NCBI GenBank assembly: GCA_004375895.1
Contig: SOJW01000069.1
Location: 2,114-66,113, forward strand
Source: Candidatus Stahliibacteriota bacterium
GTDB lineage: Bacteria; Hydrothermota; Tepidihabitantia; B3-TA06
Direction of reading: 5' to 3'
Length of the DNA: 64,000 nucleotides
In this document: one piece after another, positions 30,327 to 40,200 of the stretch
How the letters are laid out: each line of letters begins with the position of its first letter
Position numbering within the stretch: position 1 is the first letter of the stretch
Position numbers and translations under genes: made by a program
The notes under the pieces: generated by a model
What the model was told of the DNA's origin: nothing
The model's input: only the letters and a program-made list of their open reading frames with translations
Databases searched by the model: none

Positions 30327-33300
30327 CTAACGGAGTAGAACCACCTTTTCGGTGCGGATTATCGTCTCATTATCCCCTTCGTGCACGGCCCGGACGAAGT
30401 AAACTCCTGAGGCCCAGTTCTTGCAGTCGATAGGCGTTTCTATTTCCACGCCTTGCGCATTCGCCTCGACTTTAAATCTGGCGAGGCGCCGACCGGTTAC
30501 GTCGTACGCAACAAGCTCGCACTCATCCGTGGTGAAGACGCTGAACTGGCTCCCCTTCAGGATGTGGCGTGAGATGGCCATTGTGAACCTGGGAGAAGAT
30601 TCAGACTCTGTGATTCCGGGTGGTAGCGATTCCATGTTCCCGCCGAAACCGTCTGGCCTGCGGTAGAAAATTGCCCACTTTGGGCCAGTGAACGGGCCGT
30701 ACACGTGCCCGTGCTGGTACAAACATGCTGGCCCCTGGTCTGTGTGGGTTACGTGGCAGAAGTAGCTTTGTTCGTCGCCGTAGGCGCTGTCAACCCTGAA
30801 TATGTCCAAATCGGGCAACTTGACACCGAAGATATGCCTGTTATTCCCCGTTCCATTTGTCCATGTTATCATACTATCCGCGATCTGGGGGTAACGGTTC
30901 TCGCCAGAGGCCTGACCACTCACCGCTATAACGATACCCCACGCGTTATAGGCAGAGCTGCGAGGCTTGGCGTTTACGTAAACCGAATCGTTCGCGTTGA
31001 AGACAACGCGGATTGAGTCCCCTTCAATGTCTATAAACGGAACAAGAGGCTCATCAGACACAGCGCTGATACTATTGGGAAAGCGATAGGCAGGCTGCCA
31101 GCCATACATGTTTTTCTCTCGATAGTAGCAAGCGGCGGTGCCGTCCTTCACGGCCCCATAGGCTATGGATACCTTTCCGTATTGCGGGTCCAACTCGATA
31201 GACGCTCCGATGGTGTCATGGGAAGTGCCCTGGTCCAGATCGCCGTCAACCAACTCTTCGGTAAGGTCGTCAGGATCGTCCTTCGGGAAATACGCGTAAT
31301 AGAGCTTGTCCTGGTTCTCTGAGAGGCCGCGGGTTATGTAAGCGAGGTGAACCATAGGTTCGAAAAAGGAATCAGGAATCGGCGGCATTCCGCCTCCGCC
31401 GCCGGTCGCGACACCAGGCAGACCTTTAGGTATAGGTATCTCGTAGCCGCCCTCGCCGTTGTAAGAAAACGCAAAATCAATGGCCACCGGGCCGGGGTCT
31501 CCGGTAAGATCAAGAATGGCAGCAGAATCAAGCGCGTAATACCAATCAGAACTGTTGCCGTGGTAATTGTATACCACTACGGAATCATCGAACCACACTG
31601 CAGCCGCTCTGTCATTATCGTCAAGGGCAATCGCAGGCCACTTACCGTGACCGAGCAGGTCGGCGGTGTACCACACCTTTGAAGGGTCGTAGCTCTGAGT
31701 ATAGTAAACGTAGCCCTTGGATGGGTAGATGAAGTGGAAGGTGTCGGTGGTGTCGCAGAGGAACTTGCGCTGGGTGGTTCTATCCATCGCCATCTCATGG
31801 TTCGTCCATATCCGGCTACGCCGGATGCAAAGAAACATATCGCCATCCGGCGAAAGGATGTCGTAGCGTATGCCCTCTATGCTTATGTGCGTGGCTATGT
31901 TCTGCCGGTAGCCCGTTTCCGTGACCTCGCCCCATCCGCTTCCTGAAGGATAGGTGCAGTTGAACTTTCCCCACAAGCTGTCATCAAGTGTATTGTAAGC
32001 ATCCGAGCATGGATTGGTAAGTGAATGAAAATTCCACTTGTAGCTGGACTTCCAGAAATCGTTGGCGTGGCTGGTTGAAGCATTGACTACGGTATCGTTC
32101 CAGCCGAACCAACCATCGCCTGGGCACCAACGGTCTATGCGATCCCAGCCAGCTTCGGTTCCCCACGGTGAGAGTGAATCGGCATCGCCGTTGAGATTCA
32201 GAAGTCCTTCAGCACACTCCAGGTCAACCTTTCGCGCCAACTCCGAGGTCACACCAAAACCACTCCTTACGTGCCATATCATCACGCCCTTTGCGTTAGT
32301 GTCCGACTGAAAAGGTTCCCTGTTGATTTCGGCAGGGAAGCTAAGCCCGTAGTCATCTTCCCAGTGGATTTTCTGCTGGTGGTTGGTGATAAGAAAATAT
32401 TCACTATCGCTTACGGGAACTTTATAGACCATAGGGTCAACACCAGGGTTGCCTATGTTGAAATCAACGAGGCGGACGTTCTGGGAGTTCGTATCTATCT
32501 CAATGGGTGTTATCCACCCCAAAGAAATACGCTCCCAAGGCGAGTACAAATGCGCGTGCCTGGTGTAGTAGCCCAACTGCATCACTGAATACTTGCCCTG
32601 ACCTGCCGAATAGGCATAGGGATTGACTTTTCCCTGGCTATCCTTACCAGCCTCGTAATAGTCGTGAAGCTCCAGATCGTGCCCCAACTCGTGCGCCATC
32701 AAATGCATTGCACTTCCATAAAGGAGCTGCTTATCAGGGTTACCAGCAAAGGTATAATGGCTGTTTGTGGAACCGAGATGTACACAACGACAGACACTAA
32801 CATCGTCGTTCGTGGAGATTGTATAGTCCGGTCCCGAAATGCCGTAATTGGCTTCGTTTGGATAGGGCGGCGATCCCAAAGGAACGTGGGGATGGATATA
32901 GAATACAAAGTCAACGTAGCCGTCTCCGCCGTGTGGCCATATGTCGTAATCGGAAAAATCCACGTAGGGATCAACTGCACTGATAACGTCCTGCACAAGC
33001 ATTTTTAACCCGTCTGTAACCTGATAATGGGAGAGGCTCTCAGGAGCGATTATGTAGCGATGATTCATGCCTGGGTTGACCGCTCCGGTAACCTCAAGCT
33101 GTTCCCACGAACCTTTGTAAAGGAAATTTGTGATAGACCACTTATAGTTGGAGTCGGTAAGCGCCGCGTTAATGCTAGGCGCGATCAACGAATCGTAGAA
33201 CGTGGGATAGATTGTATCGAGGTCTGCGAAGGAATCCTGACAGATACTGTCATCGGGGAACGCAATAACAAACACCAGCGCTTTGAATGTGCCTGTCTTA

Positions 33301-33434
33301 GGCACTCCGACCGGGTATGAGAGTGTGGAGTCGTAATCCTCCGGTTCGTTCCACCAGTAAAAACCCTGGTTGGTTGCTTGAAGCGTTGCCGCACATGCAA
33401 GCAGCGCAGCGAGCGCAAAGGTTTTGCCTTGCAT
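30327..33434 (-). CDS. Secreted M6-family (immune inhibitor A-like) metalloprotease with T9SS-type C-terminal domain
   Basis: Signal peptide; VDFSDYD..GDGYVD, HELGHDLELHDYY, YSVM, EYFLITN, GVMIWHV; SGVYFVR tail. Confidence 0.88.
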   Translation of the reverse strand: MQGKTFALAALLACAATLQATNQGFYWWNEPEDYDSTLSYPVGVPKTGTFKALVFVIAFPDDSICQDSFADLDTIYPTFYDSLIAPSINAALTDSNYKWSITNFLYKGSWEQLEVTGAVNPGMNHRYIIAPESLSHYQVTDGLKMLVQDVISAVDPYVDFSDYDIWPHGGDGYVDFVFYIHPHVPLGSPPYPNEANYGISGPDYTISTNDDVSVCRCVHLGSTNSHYTFAGNPDKQLLYGSAMHLMAHELGHDLELHDYYEAGKDSQGKVNPYAYSAGQGKYSVMQLGYYTRHAHLYSPWERISLGWITPIEIDTNSQNVRLVDFNIGNPGVDPMVYKVPVSDSEYFLITNHQQKIHWEDDYGLSFPAEINREPFQSDTNAKGVMIWHVRSGFGVTSELARKVDLECAEGLLNLNGDADSLSPWGTEAGWDRIDRWCPGDGWFGWNDTVVNASTSHANDFWKSSYKWNFHSLTNPCSDAYNTLDDSLWGKFNCTYPSGSGWGEVTETGYRQNIATHISIEGIRYDILSPDGDMFLCIRRSRIWTNHEMAMDRTTQRKFLCDTTDTFHFIYPSKGYVYYTQSYDPSKVWYTADLLGHGKWPAIALDDNDRAAAVWFDDSVVVYNYHGNSSDWYYALDSAAILDLTGDPGPVAIDFAFSYNGEGGYEIPIPKGLPGVATGGGGGMPPIPDSFFEPMVHLAYITRGLSENQDKLYYAYFPKDDPDDLTEELVDGDLDQGTSHDTIGASIELDPQYGKVSIAYGAVKDGTAACYYREKNMYGWQPAYRFPNSISAVSDEPLVPFIDIEGDSIRVVFNANDSVYVNAKPRSSAYNAWGIVIAVSGQASGENRYPQIADSMITWTNGTGNNRHIFGVKLPDLDIFRVDSAYGDEQSYFCHVTHTDQGPACLYQHGHVYGPFTGPKWAIFYRRPDGFGGNMESLPPGITESESSPRFTMAISRHILKGSQFSVFTTDECELVAYDVTGRRLARFKVEANAQGVEIETPIDCKNWASGVYFVRAVHEGDNETIIRTEKVVLLR

Positions 33435-33541
33435 AATTCCCTCCTTATTAAGGGTTGTTTTTGAAGCTGCGGAATAATACGTCATTTTGGGATGTTTGTC
33501 AAGTCCTTGACAAATGAATGGAAACGGTCATAATTGAAACT

Positions 33542-34879
33542 ATGAAGCGTTGGGTTATTCTCTTCCTGCTGGCGGGGGTTTTCCATTCAGCCTACGCTTG
33601 GAGAAAAACTTACTCGTTAGGATTTGATGGAACCATGTACTCGGTCAGGGAGACTTCGGATGGCAGTTACGTTGTAGCGGGCACGGTTACCGCTGATACA
33701 GTTCCGGGTAATTACGAGCTTCTATTGTTAAAGGCGGATTCAGTTGGAGATACGATCTGGACAAGAAAATACGGCGGAGCAGGCAACGATGAGGGGCGAT
33801 GCATTAGGCAGGTGTCTGATAGCGGATACATAATCGTTGGGTCAGTTGATGGGGTGGAGTACAGTCCGGGCAAGTTGTGGTTATTGAAGACGGATGCGAA
33901 AGGGGACACGGTCTGGACTAAGAGGTATGGATACATGTTTGGTGAGGACGAAGGTTATTGGGTTGAGGAGACTTCGGACGGGGGATATATAATAACGGGC
34001 ACCTGCAACCCTACAGGAGGGATGAACAACAGACTTTGGTTACTTAAGACGGATGCCGAAGGTGATACGGTTTGGACCCACAAGTATACTATATGTTCCC
34101 ACGGTTTTTGCGTACGGGGAACAAAAGATAGTGGTTACATACTAGCTTCTCCACTGGGCTTAATTAAAACAGATTCTATGGGTGACACCTTATGGACATA
34201 CCGATTTGTGGCGCAGGAATCTTCTGTTTGTTTGGCTTCAGATGGCGGTTATGTTTTTACAGCCACGACATGGGGCAGTTTTGGCAGGCGTGACATCTTT
34301 TTTATAAAGACTGATACGGACGGCGATTCAATTTGGGGCCATAGTTGGGGGGGAGTAGATGAGGATTACAGTTATGAAGTACAGCAGACCAATGATGGCG
34401 GCTACATAATAGTTGGTGATACACGTTCTTTTGGGGAAGCGAGGGTTAATGTTTGGCTCTTAAAGACAGATGTCAATGGTGATACCACATGGACACGCAT
34501 CTTAGGCGCGGGTTATGGCCGGAGCGTTCAACAAACTACGGATGGAGGTTATATAATCTGCGGGGGCTTGACATTAATCAAGACCGACTCGTTGGGCTAC
34601 GCCGGGGTTGGGGAGCAACCTTCACCCGTAACACACCAGCCGGACTGGCAGGTTATCTCTCCCATCGGGCAGGAAGTGGTGTTGAGGTATCACGACAAAC
34701 CTGGGGGTTTTCACGCAAAAATCTACGATATATCGGGCAAAAAGTGTGACGAGTGCCACTCAAACCTGACGAGCGGAACACTGGAATGGGGCGAGGGGAT
34801 GTCGCGAGGAGTCTACTTCATCCAAGAGATTAAGAGAGGTAGCGGGGAGAAGGTCTCGCGAGTGATTCTTCTGCATTAG
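33542..34879 (+). CDS. Secreted beta-propeller-type repeat protein with T9SS-like tail
   Basis: Signal peptide; repeated LLKTDxxGDTxWT and DGGYII; start set 7 nt after TTGACA-N16-CATAAT. Confidence 0.88.
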   Translation: MKRWVILFLLAGVFHSAYAWRKTYSLGFDGTMYSVRETSDGSYVVAGTVTADTVPGNYELLLLKADSVGDTIWTRKYGGAGNDEGRCIRQVSDSGYIIVGSVDGVEYSPGKLWLLKTDAKGDTVWTKRYGYMFGEDEGYWVEETSDGGYIITGTCNPTGGMNNRLWLLKTDAEGDTVWTHKYTICSHGFCVRGTKDSGYILASPLGLIKTDSMGDTLWTYRFVAQESSVCLASDGGYVFTATTWGSFGRRDIFFIKTDTDGDSIWGHSWGGVDEDYSYEVQQTNDGGYIIVGDTRSFGEARVNVWLLKTDVNGDTTWTRILGAGYGRSVQQTTDGGYIICGGLTLIKTDSLGYAGVGEQPSPVTHQPDWQVISPIGQEVVLRYHDKPGGFHAKIYDISGKKCDECHSNLTSGTLEWGEGMSRGVYFIQEIKRGSGEKVSRVILLH

Positions 34880-35289
34880 GGGAAATACTGCCCGACGCTT
34901 AAACGAGTTGTATGAGACTTCCCGGTTTCACCTATCTAGGAGGGTTCCCAGACCAATTAAAGCCTCCCCTCATAGATTATGTTAACTGAATGGCGAGCTA
35001 CCGAAGATAAAGAAGGGGGCGCGCTAGCAGTAGCCTTTCGTCAAAAGCCCCTCCGTTGTCGGTGTTTTTCCTCAAGCCATATCCGCCCGCTGCACCTCAC
35101 CGCTCCGGTTTCGCTGTGCTTCACTGCGCTCACGGTGCCAACCCCACCCGACCACCCTATTGTAGCAGGCAGCTTCGCCGTGGGCTGTCCTCGGTCGCGC
35201 AGAAAGCCTTGCCCACAAGAGATCGAAGCCAGGGTGTTGCCTTTTAGTTAAGAGACCAAGGTTGGCAAAACGTCCTGAAGATGCGGGCT

Positions 35290-35424
35290 GCGGCTAACGA
35301 AACTGCGCGTCTAGGGCGGCAGCCCCGCCTCGCGCCTGCAGGTCGGTGCCTCATTCCAGCGCAGCACTGCGGTTTTCGGGTCTCAGCTCAGAGGGTTGAC
35401 AAGGCAATACTGAGTGCGTATAGT
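35290..35424 (+). promoter_or_regulatory. Conserved GC-rich element plus TTGACA-N17-TATAGT promoter, copy 2
   Basis: Homologous to 29595-29727. Confidence 0.7.
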
Positions 35425-35464
35425 GTGATTACGGTGTAGAATTGCGAACGGCAGTTCGAAGGAG

Positions 35465-37579
35465 ATGTCGCGAATGAACTTAAAATCTCTTGACTTAAAA
35501 AAGGCTTACTCCTCGGACTTTGACAACTCATTACGTGATTTTTATATACCCGCACTAGAAGCATCGATTGAGTACAACCGGCTTGCAGGATTTTTCTCAT
35601 CCACAAGTTTAGCGATCGCTGCAAGAGGAGTTCTAGGTTTAATTAGGAATGGTGGCACGATGAGACTGATAGCTTCTCCCCAATTGAGCAAAAGGGATCT
35701 TGAGATTATCTTGGATTCTGAAGAGAGAAGAGAAGAATACATAAGTAAAAGAATGCTGGAAGATCTGGCGAGATTAGAAGATGAATTTGTCAAAGATCAC
35801 GTTTTTGCTCTTGGCTGGATGGTTGCCAACAGAAAGCTTGAGATTCGGATCGCTGTGCCATACGATGAGGAGGGAAAACTTTTAAGCTATGAAGAGGTTC
35901 AACAGCGAGGGGTTTTTCATCAAAAAGTGGGTATCCTGAAAGACTCTGAGGGGAATCTGATAACCTTCAGTGGGTCCGTTAATGAGACTGCCAAGGCTTG
36001 GCTAGACAACATTGAAGAGTTTAAGGTTTTTCGGGATTGGGAACCTTCAGAGGAAGATTATGTGGGAGCTGATGTTTCAAAGTTCAACAAGTTTTGGAAT
36101 GATCAATCTCCAAGGGTCAGAATCATGGATGTTCCTAAGGCAGTCGAAAGGAAGCTAATAGAAATCGCTCCAGCGAATGTTGACAAAATCGACTTAGAGA
36201 GATGGTGCAAAACGCAAAAGAGGAAGCCACAGCTTTTTCAACACCAACAAGCTGCTATCGAAGCTTGGTTAAAGAACGGGATGAGGGGACTTTTCGAAAT
36301 GGCAACCGGCACGGGGAAAACCTTCGCAGCTTTAGGTTGCTTGGATAAAGCATCTAAAACAACCCAGAAGCTCATAGTGGTTATAGCTTGCCCCTATCAC
36401 CATTTAATTGAGCAATGGATAAAGGAAATCGAAAAATTCGGTGTTGAAACTGATAAATTAATCGTTGCGGATGCTACCAATCAATATTGGAGGAACGAGT
36501 TGGCCGATTCGCTGATGGATATTTCATTGGGACATAAAACAAAAGTTATGGCGATGACGACGCACCGCACATTCTCCTCACCGGCTTTCAGAAAGATAAT
36601 CCAAAGTAATAAACAGGATTCCACTGCTCTCTTAATCGCCGACGAGGTTCACGGTATAGGGGCTGAGAAAAGCCAAGAGGGACTCATTGATGAATATGAT
36701 CTAAGATTAGGTTTGAGTGCCACGCCTAGAAGATGGTTCGATAGTCCAGGTACAGAGTTGATATATGATTATTTCGGGGGAGTTGTTTATGAATTTGGAT
36801 TGAAGAAAGCCATCAACACTCTAAACCCGGATACAGATCAAGCCTACCTTACTCCTTATCGATATAGATCAAGATTTGTCTCTTTGACTGAGGAAGAGTT
36901 AGAGGAATACCATGAAAAGACGAGACGAATTGTAATGAATCTCAATAAAACCGAAACTGAAGAACAAGCAAAGGCAATTCTGGATATTTTAATGTTTCAA
37001 AGAGCAAATATTGTCAAGAATGCTCTGGGAAAGTATCAGGTTCTTGAGGAAATCCTCGATGAGTTAAGGGAATCTATAAGATGGACATTAATCTATTGCA
37101 GCCCCGAACAGATCGATGAAGTAATGGAGATAGTCAATCGCCGTGGCATTGCCGCACATCGTTTTACAATGGAGGAAGGAACTTCTCCCGAAAAGAAATA
37201 TGGATGGATCTCAGAGAGAGAGCATCTTCTGGAGGAATTTGCGGAAGGCAAGTACAAGATTCTGGTTGCTATGAAATGTTTGGATGAAGGTGTGGATGTT
37301 CCACCCGCAAGGATCGCTATCTTGATGGCAAGTAGTGGGAACCCTAGGGAGTACATCCAACGTATCGGAAGAGTCATAAGAAGATACCCTGGCAAAAGTG
37401 AAGCTCTCATATACGATGTTGTCACTTCTCCTTCTTTAAGTAACCTTCCATCGGAATTAAAGGAGATGGAGAAAAAGATCTTCGAGAAGGAATTAAAAAG
37501 GTATGAGGAGATAGCGAAGATCGCTCTCAACAGAGCTGAGGCATTAACCCTTATATGTGACATAAAGGAAAAACTGTAG
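35465..37579 (+). CDS. PLD-nuclease/SF2 DExH helicase fusion (PbeA-like)
   Basis: FHQKVGI...FSGSVN, MATGTGKT, DEVH, GLSATP, LDEGVDVP, QRIGRVIR. Confidence 0.9.
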   Translation: MSRMNLKSLDLKKAYSSDFDNSLRDFYIPALEASIEYNRLAGFFSSTSLAIAARGVLGLIRNGGTMRLIASPQLSKRDLEIILDSEERREEYISKRMLEDLARLEDEFVKDHVFALGWMVANRKLEIRIAVPYDEEGKLLSYEEVQQRGVFHQKVGILKDSEGNLITFSGSVNETAKAWLDNIEEFKVFRDWEPSEEDYVGADVSKFNKFWNDQSPRVRIMDVPKAVERKLIEIAPANVDKIDLERWCKTQKRKPQLFQHQQAAIEAWLKNGMRGLFEMATGTGKTFAALGCLDKASKTTQKLIVVIACPYHHLIEQWIKEIEKFGVETDKLIVADATNQYWRNELADSLMDISLGHKTKVMAMTTHRTFSSPAFRKIIQSNKQDSTALLIADEVHGIGAEKSQEGLIDEYDLRLGLSATPRRWFDSPGTELIYDYFGGVVYEFGLKKAINTLNPDTDQAYLTPYRYRSRFVSLTEEELEEYHEKTRRIVMNLNKTETEEQAKAILDILMFQRANIVKNALGKYQVLEEILDELRESIRWTLIYCSPEQIDEVMEIVNRRGIAAHRFTMEEGTSPEKKYGWISEREHLLEEFAEGKYKILVAMKCLDEGVDVPPARIAILMASSGNPREYIQRIGRVIRRYPGKSEALIYDVVTSPSLSNLPSELKEMEKKIFEKELKRYEEIAKIALNRAEALTLICDIKEKL

Positions 37580-37590
37580 GGAGATGTAAA

Positions 37591-37797
37591 ATGAGTAACG
37601 GCAAGATTAAAGTGCTCAATCCACGGATTATAGAAATCATAAAACAGAACTGTGGAAAGGATAAAGTAATAAGCAAATTCTTGATAGATTTACTCTACGA
37701 AGAATTCGAACACTCAGGACAGTGGTGGTGGGCAGAGACTTACAAGGATAGGATAAAAACATATTCGGCAAGATGGAGTAGTCCCAATGAGGATTGA
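37591..37797 (+). CDS. Small protein (PbeB-like position)
   Basis: SD GGAG; 68 aa; overlaps the next gene. Confidence 0.75.
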   Translation: MSNGKIKVLNPRIIEIIKQNCGKDKVISKFLIDLLYEEFEHSGQWWWAETYKDRIKTYSARWSSPNED

Positions 37798-39760
37798 GAG
37801 GATACTACTCAAAAATTATCGTCAATTCAAAGATATGGAGATTCCGTTCACCAAGAAAACCGACAATGATCTACACATAATTATAGGGAAAAATGGGGCA
37901 GGGAAAACAAACATCTTGAATGCCATCAATTGGTGTTTGTATAATAAAGAGCCTCACTTGTCGAAAAGCTCGAAGCGATTGCCCCTTTTGAACCTTATGA
38001 CAATACAAGAAACTAGCCAAGTAGGCAGCCACAAAGTTATCGTAGAGGTATGGACAAGAACTGAAAGTGGCAGCCGCATTAAGTTCAAAAGACTCGCTCG
38101 TTATCGGGTACACGAAGAGGGCGGCGAACCTATGCTTCAGGATACGAACTTTGAGGTGGAAATCAGCGGTGGGAAAGAGGGTACAGATTTCCAGAAAAAT
38201 GAAAAAGCCAAGCCTTATGTTGAGCGCTTTGTACCTGAAGGAATCAGAGAGTTCTACTTTTTCGATGGAGACAGACTTGATGTATACTTTAAGGAGGTTA
38301 CTGAACAGAGAATACAGCACGAAATCTTCAAAATATCCCAGATCGACTTGCTAGATATAGTTTCAAGGGGAATAGAAAAAACCCTAAAGGATATCAGAAA
38401 TGAAGCCGGGAAAATGAATCCGGTCATAGACAAGAAACGAGAAGAGTTGGAGGAAAAGGAAGACAGGCTTGCGGAAGCGGAGCAAAAAATAGAAACCTGT
38501 GAGAAAGAGATTTCTAGAGCAAATGTTAAAGTCAAAGAATTAGGAGAGAAACTTGAAGAATTACCTGACGTAGAGGTGCTACAAAACAGAAGAGAAGAAC
38601 TTAAAAAACGTAAAGAAAAAAAGAAGAATTTAAGAGCTACGAAGCTACAGGAAAAGAAAGATCTCTTGCTAGAGTATAGCAAGATTATAAGGCTGTGGCC
38701 AGCAATAAAAACCACTTTAGAAGTTATTGACGAAGAAAGAAAAAAGAAAACAATCCCGCCGCGTATAGCTAAAGAGGTTCTGGAGGAAATACTCCAGAAC
38801 AATACTTGCACTATTTGTGGGAACACTTTAGATGCGGCAGCCAAAAATCATGTAAGGGACTTGCTTAAGAAAATTAAAGTCAGATCTGATGTGGCTTACG
38901 AACTTACAAAAATGGAAACCCCTTTACGCGAATCCAAGGACGAATTGAAAGGTTTCGAGGAGAAATTAATTAAGGTGACACATGAACTTGTAGGGTACGA
39001 AGAAGACCTTGATGCGATAGAGAGAGAAATCAACAAGATAGATAAGCAGATGAGTGGCTTCGACGATGTTTCAAAAATAAAAATAAGAGGATGGAGCGAA
39101 GACCTTAGGAAATTTGAAGCTTTAGAAAACGAAGAACGGGAGAAGCTAGGTAGTTTGAAAGCTGAGAAGAAGAGACTCCTCTCTGAAGTCAATCAACTAA
39201 AAGGAGATCTTGATACAGAACTGCGTAAGGAAACCAAAGCTGTAAAGTTAAAGAAGCAAATAGATTTCTGTGCAAGGGCTTTAGAAATAGCGAATAAGAC
39301 GAAAACCATGGTAATGACAGGAACAAGAGACAGAGTAGAGGAAGCGACAAAGAAGTTGTTCTTTAGACTATTATGGAAAAAAGAGACCTACGGGGATGTC
39401 AAGATACACGAGAATTATGAGCTAGAGGTAATCCATTCAATGGGCTACTCATGTTTAGGGTCATTGGGTGCAGGAGAAAGACAATTACTGGCTATTTCCT
39501 TTACCTTAGCATTGCATCAAGTTTCCGGTTTCGATTCGGCAATTCTAATAGATACCCCCGTAGCGAGGCTCTCTGATGAACATCGAGAGAACTTCGGTAA
39601 GATCTTTTCTGAAGTTAGCACTGACAAGCAGACGATATTGCTATTTACCCCTGACGAGTACTCAGAGGACATAAGCAAGCACCTAGATGTAAAGGCTAGC
39701 ACAAGATATCTCCTTAAATTATCTGAAGACGAGAAAGAAACCCAACTGGTGGTGCTGTAA
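37787..39760 (+). CDS. SMC/Rad50-like ABC ATPase (DndD/PbeC-like)
   Basis: GKNGAGKT, FFDGD, coiled coil with CTICG hook, LGAGE, ILIDTPVARLS. Confidence 0.9.
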   Translation: MRIERILLKNYRQFKDMEIPFTKKTDNDLHIIIGKNGAGKTNILNAINWCLYNKEPHLSKSSKRLPLLNLMTIQETSQVGSHKVIVEVWTRTESGSRIKFKRLARYRVHEEGGEPMLQDTNFEVEISGGKEGTDFQKNEKAKPYVERFVPEGIREFYFFDGDRLDVYFKEVTEQRIQHEIFKISQIDLLDIVSRGIEKTLKDIRNEAGKMNPVIDKKREELEEKEDRLAEAEQKIETCEKEISRANVKVKELGEKLEELPDVEVLQNRREELKKRKEKKKNLRATKLQEKKDLLLEYSKIIRLWPAIKTTLEVIDEERKKKTIPPRIAKEVLEEILQNNTCTICGNTLDAAAKNHVRDLLKKIKVRSDVAYELTKMETPLRESKDELKGFEEKLIKVTHELVGYEEDLDAIEREINKIDKQMSGFDDVSKIKIRGWSEDLRKFEALENEEREKLGSLKAEKKRLLSEVNQLKGDLDTELRKETKAVKLKKQIDFCARALEIANKTKTMVMTGTRDRVEEATKKLFFRLLWKKETYGDVKIHENYELEVIHSMGYSCLGSLGAGERQLLAISFTLALHQVSGFDSAILIDTPVARLSDEHRENFGKIFSEVSTDKQTILLFTPDEYSEDISKHLDVKASTRYLLKLSEDEKETQLVVL

Positions 39761-40200
39761 TGGCAAAAGGTCCTGATAGGCTCTATTACGTTATAGCTGA
39801 GGATGACAAAGCTCTGTACGAGAGATTAAATGAAGAGTTTCAAAAAAGAATGAGCAATAAGAATCAGTTTCTCTTAGCTATGGCTGTGGGATTCAAAGAA
39901 GGGAATTTTCGTTCTTTTGGGAAAAAGGTGAGTTTTGTTCGAACTGAGTATCTAAATGATGAAGACAAAGCTTTAATCAATTCCGTTGCGATAAAAGAAA
40001 CGGGAGGTGTAGAGGTGCTCTCGAAAACGGAAGAAGTGTTCAGAATAGCTGAAGGTTATGCTCACGGAGGAATCAGATTACTGAATACTCAGATCACTTC
40101 CAAACAGTTTGGTTCTTTCTTTAAGCAATTTGAGAAGGAGGTGGTTGAAATCTATAGGGGATTGGATTTAGATGATGAAAAAGAGAATCCTTCTAGTTGA
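39760..40200 (+). CDS. DndE/PbeD-like small protein
   Basis: FLLAMAVG...IAEGYAHGGIRLL pattern; TAATG coupling to the ATPase. Confidence 0.7.
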   Translation: MAKGPDRLYYVIAEDDKALYERLNEEFQKRMSNKNQFLLAMAVGFKEGNFRSFGKKVSFVRTEYLNDEDKALINSVAIKETGGVEVLSKTEEVFRIAEGYAHGGIRLLNTQITSKQFGSFFKQFEKEVVEIYRGLDLDDEKENPSS

